From Candidatus Latescibacterota bacterium (GTDB lineage: Bacteria > Latescibacterota > UBA2968 > GCA-2709665): 64,000 nt of DNA. The notes under the pieces were generated by a model. The model was not told the origin of the DNA. It did no database searches and was given only the letters and a program-made list of their open reading frames with translations. Location of the stretch: NCBI GenBank assembly GCA_963662665.2, contig CAXXJS010000011.1:1-64000 (forward strand), given 5' to 3'. The translations under genes were made by a program, and so were the position numbers. This document shows, piece after piece, positions 29,460-39,359 of this stretch (within the stretch, counting starts at the first letter, position 1; every line of letters starts with the position of its first letter).

Positions 29460-29800
29460 GATGTGAAGGTGGGGCGGACATTCCTGTCTGCCTGCTTCGA
29501 TGTCGACGATGTCTCCGCGCAGATGCGTCTACTGCGCGCTCTTGTCGGGGACACTGGAGAAGACGGGAGATTCTTCGACTCCGCTCAGAATGACATGCTT
29601 TACGGTAACTGTCATCGACATGCATCCTTCACAACTTCGCTTTGGCTGTCATCCTGAGAAGGCCGCCAGGCCGACGAAGGATCTACTGCGGCATAGGATC
29701 ATCCCAGCGCGATCTGCACGTGGCTACACCTGAGAGGCGGCACGTTTGCATCCTGCACTGAACGGAAGCGACGGGAGATTCTTCGCATGGCTCAGAATAG
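29460..29800. repeat. Composite REP cluster, second copy of the A+C unit
   Basis: REP-A at 29469, REP-C at 29559 and 29770, TGTCATCCTGAG at 29648; same order as the 28495 cluster. Confidence 0.8.
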
Positions 29801-29875
29801 CCCGCCGGCAGATCAATTCATACCGAATGGCATATTTCAATCAGGGGACTTCCAATGGGATTTTCACCGCGAAAA

Positions 29876-31603
29876 ATGGTACAACGCCCCCGCCGCGAGA
29901 GCAGGGGCAACAGAGCCCTGCTGGTACTGGTGGACAGCAGGGGCAGCTATACGGATACCAGCATCGTGGAACAGACCGTGCTGGTGGCGTTACAGCACTT
30001 CGGGTTTCCATTCAGGATTCACGATCTGGCTGCCGGGTCCGTGACTGCCGAACTGCTTGACGGCTGCGCCGCGGTGGTGATCGCGCAGGCGCGCCTTGGC
30101 GATGTCCTCTCGCTTGAGGAGACCGAGCTGCTCGCCTCGGGGGTGGAGGAGGCCGGGATGGGCCTGGTCAATTTCGACGGTGAACTGCGGCTGTACAAAC
30201 CGCCGCTGCTTCGGCTCTTCGGACTTGAGGTGGACCGGATTCCGATGGCGTCGGACCTGCTGCGCATCGGGGACAACGACCACTTCATCAACTGGACGCA
30301 GCAGAGCGGCAGTATGGTCCGGCTGAAGCGACCCGTGACCATTTCGCAAATCAAGCGCGTGGGGCGGCACGTTGTGGAACTGGCGCAGGCTGCGATGGGC
30401 AAGGACCAGCTCATTTTTTCCCGCCATAACGTCCCGGGCACGGCCTACGAGCCGGACCAGTTTCCGGTCGCGCTGGCAGGCGTCTGCGGCAGCGGCCGTG
30501 CGGTGCAGTTTGCGTGTTCGCCCCGCATCTGGCACCAGGAATTCCTGGGCCACGCGATGGGGCTGGACGCCCTATTCTGGCGTGCAATCGTCTGGGCGGC
30601 GCGCAAGCCGTTCGTCGCGCAGATGATGCCGCCCTACGTGACCATCCGGGTGGACGACGGGAGGGGGCGCCACGATTTCCGCTATACGGAGGTGATGAAC
30701 CGGTACGGGTACCGTCCGATGATCTCCTGTTTCCTGGACCTCGTCCCGGATGAAGTCGTGCCGTTTATGCGCGCGCTATACAGCGCCGGACAGGTGGACT
30801 GGGACGCGCATGCCTTCGACTATTACAAGCTGATTCCGTTCGATTTCGGCATTGGCGAGTACAGCGACACACAGTTGAAGGAAATCTTCGAGCGGGTGGA
30901 CCATTGGTACGACCAGCGGGGCCTGAAGCCACCGCGCCGGGCCGCATTTCACTGGGGCGAGGTGGGGGTGCGCGTCCTGCCATACCTGAAGGCACGGGGG
31001 CGGACGTTCGTCTATTCGACCTACCACCTGGGGCAGGTCAAGTGGGAGCGGCTGTTCCCCAACTGGTGGCCCTACGGCCTCAACAGCCTGTTCTACGACT
31101 ATATCCCCGAAGACCCGGAGATGTACAATATCGGCGCCATGCTGCCCCGCCACCTGGTGGAGCCCGACGTCCTCACGGGTTGTACGACCTGGGCCGGGGA
31201 CAACCCGACCAATGACATGGACAAGGCCGCGGAACGGGCGGCCGGCTCGGTCCGCCTGGCGCTGGACAGCGGGTTCTTCTCTGAGATCACAACCCACGAG
31301 CAGAAGTTTGGCGTGCTGAAGCTCGAGGAGATCGACCGGTGGTTGTCGCTGGTGTCACAGCGCACGGACCGTTTCGATATCAGGGGGGTGGGCCACGACG
31401 AGGCCGCGGAGTATACCCGCTCCCGGGACGAGTCGTGGATTGCGGCCGCGTCAACGCCCGACGGCAAGTCGGCATGCCTCAGCCTGGATGGCAAGGCGAG
31501 CGTGGACCTGGAACTGGCCGTGTTCGAAAACGACGGTGAAGGCGTGGTGCAGCGATGGGAATCGGTCCCGGCGTTCGAGGCCGGGGTCAAGGTCGATCTC
31601 TGA
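29876..31603 (+). CDS. Hypothetical protein, possible glutamine-amidotransferase-like N-domain + polysaccharide deacetylase-like barrel
   Basis: Long ORF with typical high-GC codon usage; VTIRVDDG and WDAH motifs. Start could be 29855. Confidence 0.6.
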   Translation: MVQRPRRESRGNRALLVLVDSRGSYTDTSIVEQTVLVALQHFGFPFRIHDLAAGSVTAELLDGCAAVVIAQARLGDVLSLEETELLASGVEEAGMGLVNFDGELRLYKPPLLRLFGLEVDRIPMASDLLRIGDNDHFINWTQQSGSMVRLKRPVTISQIKRVGRHVVELAQAAMGKDQLIFSRHNVPGTAYEPDQFPVALAGVCGSGRAVQFACSPRIWHQEFLGHAMGLDALFWRAIVWAARKPFVAQMMPPYVTIRVDDGRGRHDFRYTEVMNRYGYRPMISCFLDLVPDEVVPFMRALYSAGQVDWDAHAFDYYKLIPFDFGIGEYSDTQLKEIFERVDHWYDQRGLKPPRRAAFHWGEVGVRVLPYLKARGRTFVYSTYHLGQVKWERLFPNWWPYGLNSLFYDYIPEDPEMYNIGAMLPRHLVEPDVLTGCTTWAGDNPTNDMDKAAERAAGSVRLALDSGFFSEITTHEQKFGVLKLEEIDRWLSLVSQRTDRFDIRGVGHDEAAEYTRSRDESWIAAASTPDGKSACLSLDGKASVDLELAVFENDGEGVVQRWESVPAFEAGVKVDL

Positions 31604-32084
31604 CCGGTGGCGTCGGATGCAGCGACGTGGAATTGCTCAGGTACCATGAAGCTGGGGGCTGCTTCGACTATTTGCGGTCACACGTCGGACATGGATGCGG
31701 GCCCGTGACTGATGCGCTCGAGTCACTGGCGTCTTACTACAGCGTCCGAGTCTGGGAGTCCCCGTGCGGGTACATAGACCGATTCGTCCGCGAACGAGGA
31801 CTGATGGAAGCCGCAACAGGGCACCCGCGCATAAGGAAAAGGGAGCGAATCGGAGAGTCCCGAGCCGTGGCGGCGGAGTCGCGGGGGTCGATCCAATGCG
31901 TGCGCTGGCCGGTTTATCAGATCGCCTTTACGATGGGAATTGTCCGGTTTCCTGTCTTGGGGATCCGCAAATCGCAGACCGACCCTGCGGCGACGGCAGG
32001 TCTCCCGAATCGCCGGCTGGGGGTTTTTGCCTCTTCATTCGTGTTTATCGGTAGTTGCATTTGCCTTGCCCCCCAGCCCCCGGT

Positions 32085-34622
32085 TCAAGATGACTGGGTT
32101 TTGCCGAAAGCATTGACAAATATCAGAAAATCGCCAAACCCAATCTCGCCATTGCGATCCAGATCATACCTCGCGTCATACCCTGCATCGTCCCGACTCA
32201 ATCCGAAATGATTCACAAATGCCAAAAAGTCGCCAAAGTCGACAGTGCCACTGCCGTTAAAGTCTGCGGGAAGAGCAGGTCTGTCAAACAGGACTTCTAC
32301 ACCTCTTTTTTCCAGGTCTGGAATATATGTGTTGATGGCTGCTGAACTCAGCGGGTTGTCCTCGAGATTCAATGTGGTCAGGTTGGTTGCAAATTCAAGC
32401 CCGATCAAATCGCGGATCTCCCGGTTCCTCAGGTCAAGTGTGGTCAAACGTTCCACATCAGCCCTGGTCAGAGGTCCGTAGCCGGATTTGCCCAAAGTTT
32501 CCCGAACGGCCGCTTTGAGATTGAAGTCGGCCACATGTACCACGGGGGTGACGTAAGGAGACAAGTCCCACAAGACGATCGTGTAATCCCCCTCTCTTTC
32601 ATAACCGCCGCCTAATGACGTGGCGAAAGTTGTGCCATCAGGGGAAAATGCTGTACAAGCACCAAGCAGTCGAGCGTTAGTGTTGCCCTGAAATCTCACG
32701 ATTTTTTCGTATGTATTTGCATCCCGAAGATCAATATCCCCACCCTGTGACGCGGTTATAATTTTCCTGCCATCAAGGGTAAATGACGCATAACGGAGAA
32801 TATCATTCACCCTTACATAAAACTGATCCTTAAAGACTCTTTTTTCCATGTCCCAAAAAGCGACTTTGTTATTGAAAGCAGTTGAAACGAGTGTTTTCCC
32901 ATCCGGTGAGAATGCCACAGACGTGACCGTGTCCTCATAGGGAAGGGGGGCGCCAATCTGCCTTTGTGTCGCCACGTCCCATAGCCTGATCGTGCTATCA
33001 AAAGCACCTGAAGCCAGGATCTTTCCGTCCGGTGAAAATGCCGCACTCTGGACACCTTGTGTATGGCCTACAAGAGGGGAGAGTTGGGTTCTAGTCTCCA
33101 TGTCCCATAACCTAATAATGTCTGGGCCGCTCCCTTCAGTATCCGTTATTCCAGCGGCGAGGATTTTTCCATCGGGCGAAAAGGTCAGGGACATGATCCG
33201 ACTATGATAAGCAGTAAGCGTGAAGGTGGTTATCTCGGTCCTCGTTGCCACTTCCCACAGCTTGATGCTGCCATGCCATGTTCCCGTGGCGAGGGTTTCT
33301 CCATCGGGCGAAAAGGCCAAAGAAAAAACCTGCTTGATATTCCCCCGATTCGGGTCATATCCCTCGAGGGTTGCCATGTGTGCGCCGGTCTCTGCGTTCC
33401 ACAGTTCAACAGTCAGGTTCTCTGTCCCTGCGGCGAGGATCTTTCCATCGGGCGAAAAAGCCACCCCATTGGCTCCATGCCCCCAGGGCTCTTGCTGCCT
33501 GTCCAGGGGAATGACGAGTTTGTGGGTGGAATCATGCAGAAGCGAAAGACCTATCTTGCGGATATTACCGCGCGTATCCACGGTCTCGAACGTCATCTTG
33601 TGTACAAGAGGATTGGAGAGATTCGTATTACCGGGATCCGATGGAATAATGCCGTCATACTGGAGATCAATAGTCGCATTCGTCGCGCCGTCTAATAGAC
33701 GACCTGTCTTCAATTCTGGAGCGCCTGCGGAAAAGTGGGTTTCTGGCGTCGTGACAAATAGAGATACCTGTTGAAGACCGTCAGGGTCGCTGAGTTCCAG
33801 TTGGATAGGAACCCTTGTTGCTCCGGTCTGATATGAACGTGACGAAAGGATATCACACGTTGGCAAATCCGTAACAAACTCCTGAGACATTGAACTATTG
33901 GGATTAAAATGGGGGTGTACGGCCAAATGCCCGGCGCTGAACTCGGATAACCTGATTCGGCTTTGACCCCCGTAAGACATGATGTAGGCATCATTGTTGA
34001 AATTGTGCCACAATCCGAAAGCATGTCCCAGTTCATGGGCCGCCCTGACGACGAAATTCGGGTCGATATATTGCCTCAATATCGCCCATCCACCATTTCT
34101 CGATATCTGGAGACCAAGCCCTAATACATTTCGAGATTGAATGTCTTCTTCGTTGCCGAGAACGATAAAGTAAATATTAGAATCGAGATCGTATCCATAT
34201 TCCCATTCAATTCTATCAAGCGCACGCCAGTGGTCGTAATTACCTCCACTACCATAAACGACATGAACCAGGGGTTCACCCTGTGCATCCTTTTCATAAG
34301 TGAAAGTTCTTTCTCCGAAACCATGCGCCCTTATCTGATCGGTATAAATGCGCTGTACTTCTCGAATGGTTGTTTTCATCTTATTGACCACTTCTTGCCT
34401 GAACCTTTGCGGGTCGGATACGAAGTAGATCATTCGCACCGTGCGCGGCTCTCCGGCATCCAGTGCCCGTTTGCTCGCAACGGGTTGAGTTTGGCGATAT
34501 TGCTCGAGTTTCTCCAGATCGACTGGGACGCAAAAATGACTGCCATTTTCCGACGGAGAGGCAGCATCGCCTATTGGAGAGCGCAACAGGCATAGGAACA
34601 GGGTAAATGTAAATTTTCTCAT
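32085..34622 (-). CDS. Secreted zinc metallopeptidase (metzincin) + WD40 repeats + internalin-type LRR + dockerin-like EF-hand pair
   Basis: Signal peptide; HELGHAFGLWH then YIMSY Met-turn; repeated AFSPDGK.LA....IRLWD; LTTLDLRNREIRDLIGLEFATNL; DFNGSGTVDFGDF...DLDRNGEIGFGDF. Visibly lower GC. Confidence 0.88.
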   Translation of the reverse strand: MRKFTFTLFLCLLRSPIGDAASPSENGSHFCVPVDLEKLEQYRQTQPVASKRALDAGEPRTVRMIYFVSDPQRFRQEVVNKMKTTIREVQRIYTDQIRAHGFGERTFTYEKDAQGEPLVHVVYGSGGNYDHWRALDRIEWEYGYDLDSNIYFIVLGNEEDIQSRNVLGLGLQISRNGGWAILRQYIDPNFVVRAAHELGHAFGLWHNFNNDAYIMSYGGQSRIRLSEFSAGHLAVHPHFNPNSSMSQEFVTDLPTCDILSSRSYQTGATRVPIQLELSDPDGLQQVSLFVTTPETHFSAGAPELKTGRLLDGATNATIDLQYDGIIPSDPGNTNLSNPLVHKMTFETVDTRGNIRKIGLSLLHDSTHKLVIPLDRQQEPWGHGANGVAFSPDGKILAAGTENLTVELWNAETGAHMATLEGYDPNRGNIKQVFSLAFSPDGETLATGTWHGSIKLWEVATRTEITTFTLTAYHSRIMSLTFSPDGKILAAGITDTEGSGPDIIRLWDMETRTQLSPLVGHTQGVQSAAFSPDGKILASGAFDSTIRLWDVATQRQIGAPLPYEDTVTSVAFSPDGKTLVSTAFNNKVAFWDMEKRVFKDQFYVRVNDILRYASFTLDGRKIITASQGGDIDLRDANTYEKIVRFQGNTNARLLGACTAFSPDGTTFATSLGGGYEREGDYTIVLWDLSPYVTPVVHVADFNLKAAVRETLGKSGYGPLTRADVERLTTLDLRNREIRDLIGLEFATNLTTLNLEDNPLSSAAINTYIPDLEKRGVEVLFDRPALPADFNGSGTVDFGDFLAFVNHFGLSRDDAGYDARYDLDRNGEIGFGDFLIFVNAFGKTQSS

Positions 34623-35361
34623 GAATTGACCTCTTGAAGTTGAATTTAGCTTCTTTATTCCAACATGATCGAAATATTACATTACACAATAAAAAAATCA
34701 AATCAGATTTATCTTCGGCGCATCGCCCGCGGAAGACTAACGCCTGCTCGATCAGACCAATTATCGAAAATCCGTTCGAACTGTAAGGTCGATTTTGTGT
34801 AGAAGCCGATGTAACGCAGTAAACGACGTCTTCTTGAACCATTCTTGACCCTCTTTGTCACGTTTACGGCGATGGTCTGACTGCCTTTTTTGGGGCACCT
34901 TGCCTTTAGGCAAAACAGTTGGGACTCTACGCGGCTGGTTTCTGAGTGTTGCCCATTCTTTGCGCAGGTCTTTTAGCTGGACGTTGTCATACGATAGAAG
35001 GATAAATTAGCACTATTAACACCGCTTTAGAGGGATATTCACGAGCTGTGAATGGGTATAGGAGTTGCGGTAATGCCGAAAATCTCCAACAAAGAGAAGT
35101 GGCGTGAATAATCTTCTTGAGGTCCTTGTAAGGGCGTGCGCCCAAGCGTGGACGAAAAGGAGCGATGCCATAGATCGAATTTAGCACGAAGTGATCGGCA
35201 ATGCACGGAATTAGGGCCGCTCATCGACGATTTCGAAGAATTGGCGAGATGGGTGCACAAATCCACTTCGTTGATCTGTGAGGAAGGGTTTGAAGCCCGC
35301 CAGTACAACCACCTCAGTGTGAATCTGCTTGCGCAGGCCGACGGGTCGCGGAGTAACACAA

Positions 35362-37524
35362 TCACGAAGGCGCCGATTGCGATTCGCCCGCCCCTGCCCG
35401 GATTCGCTGCGGCAGAGAGGTGTGCCGGTCGGCCACCTGGTTGTTTTTGATGGCGATCGCGAGAGCTTTCCTCGTGCCAACGATGACGACCAGGTCCCGC
35501 GCCCTCGTGACGGCGGTATACAGCAGGTTTCGCTGTAACATCATATAGTGCTGGGTGGTCAGCGGAAGTACAACGACGGGATACTCCGACCCCTGGCTCT
35601 TGTGCACGCTTGTGGCGTAGGCCGGCACAATCTCGTCCAGTTCCGTGAAGTCGTAACCCACGGTCCGTTCCGGGTACCTTACGGCGAGGGCCTGGTTCGT
35701 TGAGTCGATCCCCGCCACCCGCCCCATATCCCCGTTGAACACGTCCCTGTCGTAGTTGTTCCGGACCTGCATCACCTTGTCTCCCACCCGGAAGCGAACG
35801 CCGCCACGCTGCAGTTCCTGCCCGTTGGGATTGAGCCGCTCCTGGAGCACCCGGTTCAGGTTCGTTGCGCCGGTCTCGCCTCGATACATCGGCGCCATCA
35901 CCTGGATATCGTCAATCGCGTTCACCCCGTAGGCACGCGGCAGCCTGTCCCGGCAGAGCCCGCAGACCGTCTCCACCACCTCCTCCGGGTCGTCCACCTC
36001 GGAAAAAAAGAAATCCGAACTCCGGCTGTTGTCCACCTCCGGTATTTCACCGGCCAGAATGCGATGCGCGTTGATAACAATCCGGCTCTCACGCGCCTGC
36101 CGGAAAATCTCGTTCAGCGACACGACAGCCGACTCTCCCGAGCCGATGATATCCTTCAAGACATTCCCCGGCCCCACCGAAGGCAGTTGGTCCACGTCCC
36201 CCACCAGGACCACCGTGGCGCTGACCGGCACCGCCTGCAGCAGACTGTTCATCAATGCCACGTCCACCATCGAGACTTCGTCCACGATGATCGCGTCACA
36301 CGTCAGAGGGTTCTCGAAGTTCATGTCGAATTTCCACTCGCCCGGGCTGAACTTGAGCAGCCTGTGTATGGTCCTGGCGTCCCGCCCGGTGGCTTCCGAC
36401 ATCCGTTTTGCCGCCCGTCCGGTAGGCGCGGCCAGCAATACGTCCTTGTCTCTCGCCTCGAAGAGGGCGATCAGGCCCCTGATGGTCGTGGTTTTGCCGG
36501 TCCCGGGACCGCCGGTTAGCACGAGCAGGCTGTGGGAAAGAGCCTTTTCCAGCGCAACCTTCTGCAGAGAGGCGAACCGGATCCCGTCGCGTTGCTCGAT
36601 CGCCGCGATTTCCGCCACGATGTCGCGGGTTTCAACCCGCCGGATGCTTGAGAACTGATGTACCCGCGTTGCCACGCCTTTTTCGGCAAAGAAGAGCGAA
36701 GGAATGTAGATCCGGTCCTCCTCGACGACCACCTCTTCCGCTTCGCGAAGCAAGTCGATACACGGCGCGATCAGTTTGTGCGACACTTCCAGCGTCTCCG
36801 CGCAACGGTCCATCAACTCCGCCACGGGCACATAGACGTGCCCGTCGGACTGCGCCGCGGTGTCCAGCACGTAACGGATACCCGCGAGGACCCGCTGCTC
36901 CGATTGGGGTTCCACGCCCAGTTTCTGCGCGATCCGGTCGGCGGAGGCGAAACCGATACCCCAGACGTCGCGAGACAACCGGTACGGATTCTCCTGAATC
37001 AGTGAGACCGCATCCTGCCCGTACTGCTTCCAGATCTTCACCGCGTGCCCCGTACCCACGTCGTGCGACTGCAGAAACAGCATCACGTTGTGGATCTCGC
37101 GCTGCTCCTTCCACGCTTCCTCGATCATCGTCGCACGCTTCCGCCCCAACCCCTCCACCTCCACGAGCCGTTTCGAAGCCTTCTCGATCACTTCCAGCGT
37201 CTTTTTTCCGAAATGGTCCACGATTCGTCCGGCCATCACCGGTCCGATCCCCTTGATCAGCCCCGAACCCAGGTATTTTTGCATTCCATGTACGGTAGAC
37301 GGATATACCTTTTCATAGGATTCGATCTTGAACTGCCGGCCGTACCGGGCGTGGTCCGTCCATTCCCCTTTCAGGGCCACGCACTCCCCCGCAACCAGCG
37401 AAAGTGTCGTACCCACAACGGTGACCGTATCCCGGGCGCCTTCCGGCTGGAACCTGGCAACCGTGTAGCCGCTTTCTTCGCTCTGAAACGTGATCCGGTC
37501 CACAATGCCCTGGAGTCGCTCCAT
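35362..37524 (-). CDS. recD2: ATP-dependent RecD-like DNA helicase (RecD2)
   Basis: YLGSGLIKGIGP, ENPYRL, TGGPGTGKTT, APTGRAAKR, VDEVSM, VGDVDQLPSVGPG, HKSQGSE, LLYTAVTRA. Confidence 0.95.
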   Translation of the reverse strand: MERLQGIVDRITFQSEESGYTVARFQPEGARDTVTVVGTTLSLVAGECVALKGEWTDHARYGRQFKIESYEKVYPSTVHGMQKYLGSGLIKGIGPVMAGRIVDHFGKKTLEVIEKASKRLVEVEGLGRKRATMIEEAWKEQREIHNVMLFLQSHDVGTGHAVKIWKQYGQDAVSLIQENPYRLSRDVWGIGFASADRIAQKLGVEPQSEQRVLAGIRYVLDTAAQSDGHVYVPVAELMDRCAETLEVSHKLIAPCIDLLREAEEVVVEEDRIYIPSLFFAEKGVATRVHQFSSIRRVETRDIVAEIAAIEQRDGIRFASLQKVALEKALSHSLLVLTGGPGTGKTTTIRGLIALFEARDKDVLLAAPTGRAAKRMSEATGRDARTIHRLLKFSPGEWKFDMNFENPLTCDAIIVDEVSMVDVALMNSLLQAVPVSATVVLVGDVDQLPSVGPGNVLKDIIGSGESAVVSLNEIFRQARESRIVINAHRILAGEIPEVDNSRSSDFFFSEVDDPEEVVETVCGLCRDRLPRAYGVNAIDDIQVMAPMYRGETGATNLNRVLQERLNPNGQELQRGGVRFRVGDKVMQVRNNYDRDVFNGDMGRVAGIDSTNQALAVRYPERTVGYDFTELDEIVPAYATSVHKSQGSEYPVVVLPLTTQHYMMLQRNLLYTAVTRARDLVVIVGTRKALAIAIKNNQVADRHTSLPQRIRAGAGESQSAPS

Positions 37525-37570
37525 AGTACGGACCCCTTTATCTGCGTCTGGATTGCACGGCGCCGGAAGA

Positions 37571-38734
37571 CTACGCTTTGTAGGCGATTTCGCCCCGGAC
37601 AATCGTCGCCACGACCGATAGCGCCTCCTGCCCCTCCGCCCAGCGGAACAGCGTCAGGCTCGCGTCCATCCCGGGCGACACGCGTCCCAGCCGGTCGTCC
37701 ACGCCCAGCAGCCTCGCAGGGTTGTTGGACGCCATTTCCACCGCATCGGCCAGCGTGGCATCCGTATATGCCACCGTATTCGGAATCCCGTGATCCAGAA
37801 ACAGGGACGCCCCGGCCAGATACGGCGTACCTGCCAGGGAGATCTTCCCGTTCCCGTGAATCTCCACCTCGTCGGTCCCGTAGCTCCGGCCGTAGACACC
37901 GGGTGGCAGCCCGGCAATGGACGACACGTCGCTCACAAGGCAGACCCGCTCTTTCTGCTTGGACCTGCAGAAGCTCTTCAACACGGGCGGCGGCAGATGG
38001 TGACCGTCCGGGATGATCCCCGCCCAGAGTTCGTCGGCGGCAAGCTGCTCCCAGATATAGTTATCGTGGCGGGGAATCTCCGCGTGCGCCCCGTTGCCCA
38101 GGTGGGTGGACATCCGCGCCCCGGCCGTCACAGCCTCCCGGATCCGGGCCCGGCTGGCCCCGGTATGTCCCAACGCGACGATGATGCCCGCATCCGAGGC
38201 CTTCTCGATAAAGGCCAGCGATCCCTCCCGTTCGGGCGCCAGGGTCAGAATCCGGATGCGGCCCTCCGCCGCCTCCTGGTAGCGGCAGAACTCGTCCCAG
38301 TCCGGGTCTCGCGTATGTTCCAGGGGATGCGCCCCCCTCGGGCCGTCCTCGGATGCGATATACGGCCCCTCCACGTGGAACCCGACAAACGACGCATCCG
38401 CTGCCTTCGACTGCTCGCACGCCCCGACCAGCGCCCTTAAACCCGAAATCGCCTGCTCAGCGGGCGAGGTCGTTACCGTGGGACAGAACAGTGCCGTCCC
38501 CGCCCGGTACGGCCATTCACACGCCTGAAGCACGCGCTCCACCGTCAGGTCCCCGGAGCTGTAGTTGATCCCGCCCGCCCCATTGACCTGCACGTCGAAA
38601 ATGCCCGGCGAAATCCACACGTCGGCGCCGCCCAACGAGGCTTCGCCGTCTTCGCCAACATTTGAGATTCGGCCATCATCAATCGTTACCGACACGGGTG
38701 TTTCCGTGCCCACAATCTTCCCGCGAAGAACCAT
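37571..38734 (-). CDS. nagA: N-acetylglucosamine-6-phosphate deacetylase family amidohydrolase
   Basis: PGIFDVQVNG, GFHVEGPY, GAH, TLAPE, ALGHT, THLGN, DGHH, SD, LAG, NPA. Confidence 0.88.
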   Translation of the reverse strand: MVLRGKIVGTETPVSVTIDDGRISNVGEDGEASLGGADVWISPGIFDVQVNGAGGINYSSGDLTVERVLQACEWPYRAGTALFCPTVTTSPAEQAISGLRALVGACEQSKAADASFVGFHVEGPYIASEDGPRGAHPLEHTRDPDWDEFCRYQEAAEGRIRILTLAPEREGSLAFIEKASDAGIIVALGHTGASRARIREAVTAGARMSTHLGNGAHAEIPRHDNYIWEQLAADELWAGIIPDGHHLPPPVLKSFCRSKQKERVCLVSDVSSIAGLPPGVYGRSYGTDEVEIHGNGKISLAGTPYLAGASLFLDHGIPNTVAYTDATLADAVEMASNNPARLLGVDDRLGRVSPGMDASLTLFRWAEGQEALSVVATIVRGEIAYKA

Positions 38735-38819
38735 TCTTTCTCCTTTGCTTGTACTGTCTCGATCGAGAATTCTTCAGCGGCCGTTTCAACCTGGGCCACT
38801 GCGTTGCATACAATGAATC

Positions 38820-39160
38820 TCCCTACCCCACAAACGTCCCCTATTCCCTTGCCCTTTTTCTTGCTTCGCCCAAGAAAAAGGGCGAAAAAGAAGGGCGCCG
38901 CTCGGCGCGGGGCCGGTTTTTCCGTGAACTACCTCAGCGGCGTAAAAGGGAGTCGGCTGCCCTGTTACCTGAATCGCCCGACCGAGCTATGTTGCTGGAC
39001 GGATTTGCACGGAAAAACCCCCAACCACACCACCGAGCGGGCGAAACGTCTTCACACAGGGAGGCCAACCTCACGGCTTCCCTGTAGTCCCGCCGTTTGC
39101 CTCTCGCTGTATGTCTTTGCTTCAAGCTGACCGCTTATGGCTGAAAGCTTATAGCTGATT
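38820..39160. repeat. Intergenic repeat block (family D end, CTTTTTCTTG/CAAGAAAAAG palindrome, GCTNA heptamer-spaced repeats)
   Basis: 24-nt identity to 7291-7314; hairpin GCCCTTTTTCTTG-CTTCGCC-CAAGAAAAAGGGC; AAGCTGACCGCTTATGGCTGAAAGCTTATAGCTGA. Confidence 0.55.
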
Positions 39161-39243
39161 GTCCTCTCACGTCGTCCCGCTTTTAAGGCTTTGCTTTCGA
39201 TTAACGATAACATCCCGGCACCCGTTCCGCAATATGTTTTGGC

Positions 39244-39272
39244 TTGACATCACCGGGGGAATATGGTATACT
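39244..39272 (+). promoter_or_regulatory. Near-consensus sigma70 promoter with extended -10
   Basis: TTGACA-N17-TATACT with TG one base upstream of the -10. Confidence 0.75.
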
Positions 39273-39359
39273 CATTGACTGTTTGATCCAGCCTCGATAG
39301 CAGTCATATTAGTCCCGTAAAAACATAAATTTAACCACTTTATGCTGAAGGGGTCACGA

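Noticed and set aside
28495-29800. Possible CRISPR array
   Set aside because: Repeats are of mixed types, degenerate, irregularly spaced and dispersed elsewhere in the window; no cas genes.
31555-32211. 218-aa ORF between convergent genes
   Set aside because: Overlaps both neighbours and has no recognisable motif; at most a remnant.
34987-35480. Several short ORFs in the low-GC tract
   Set aside because: Mutually overlapping, no convincing RBS or motif.
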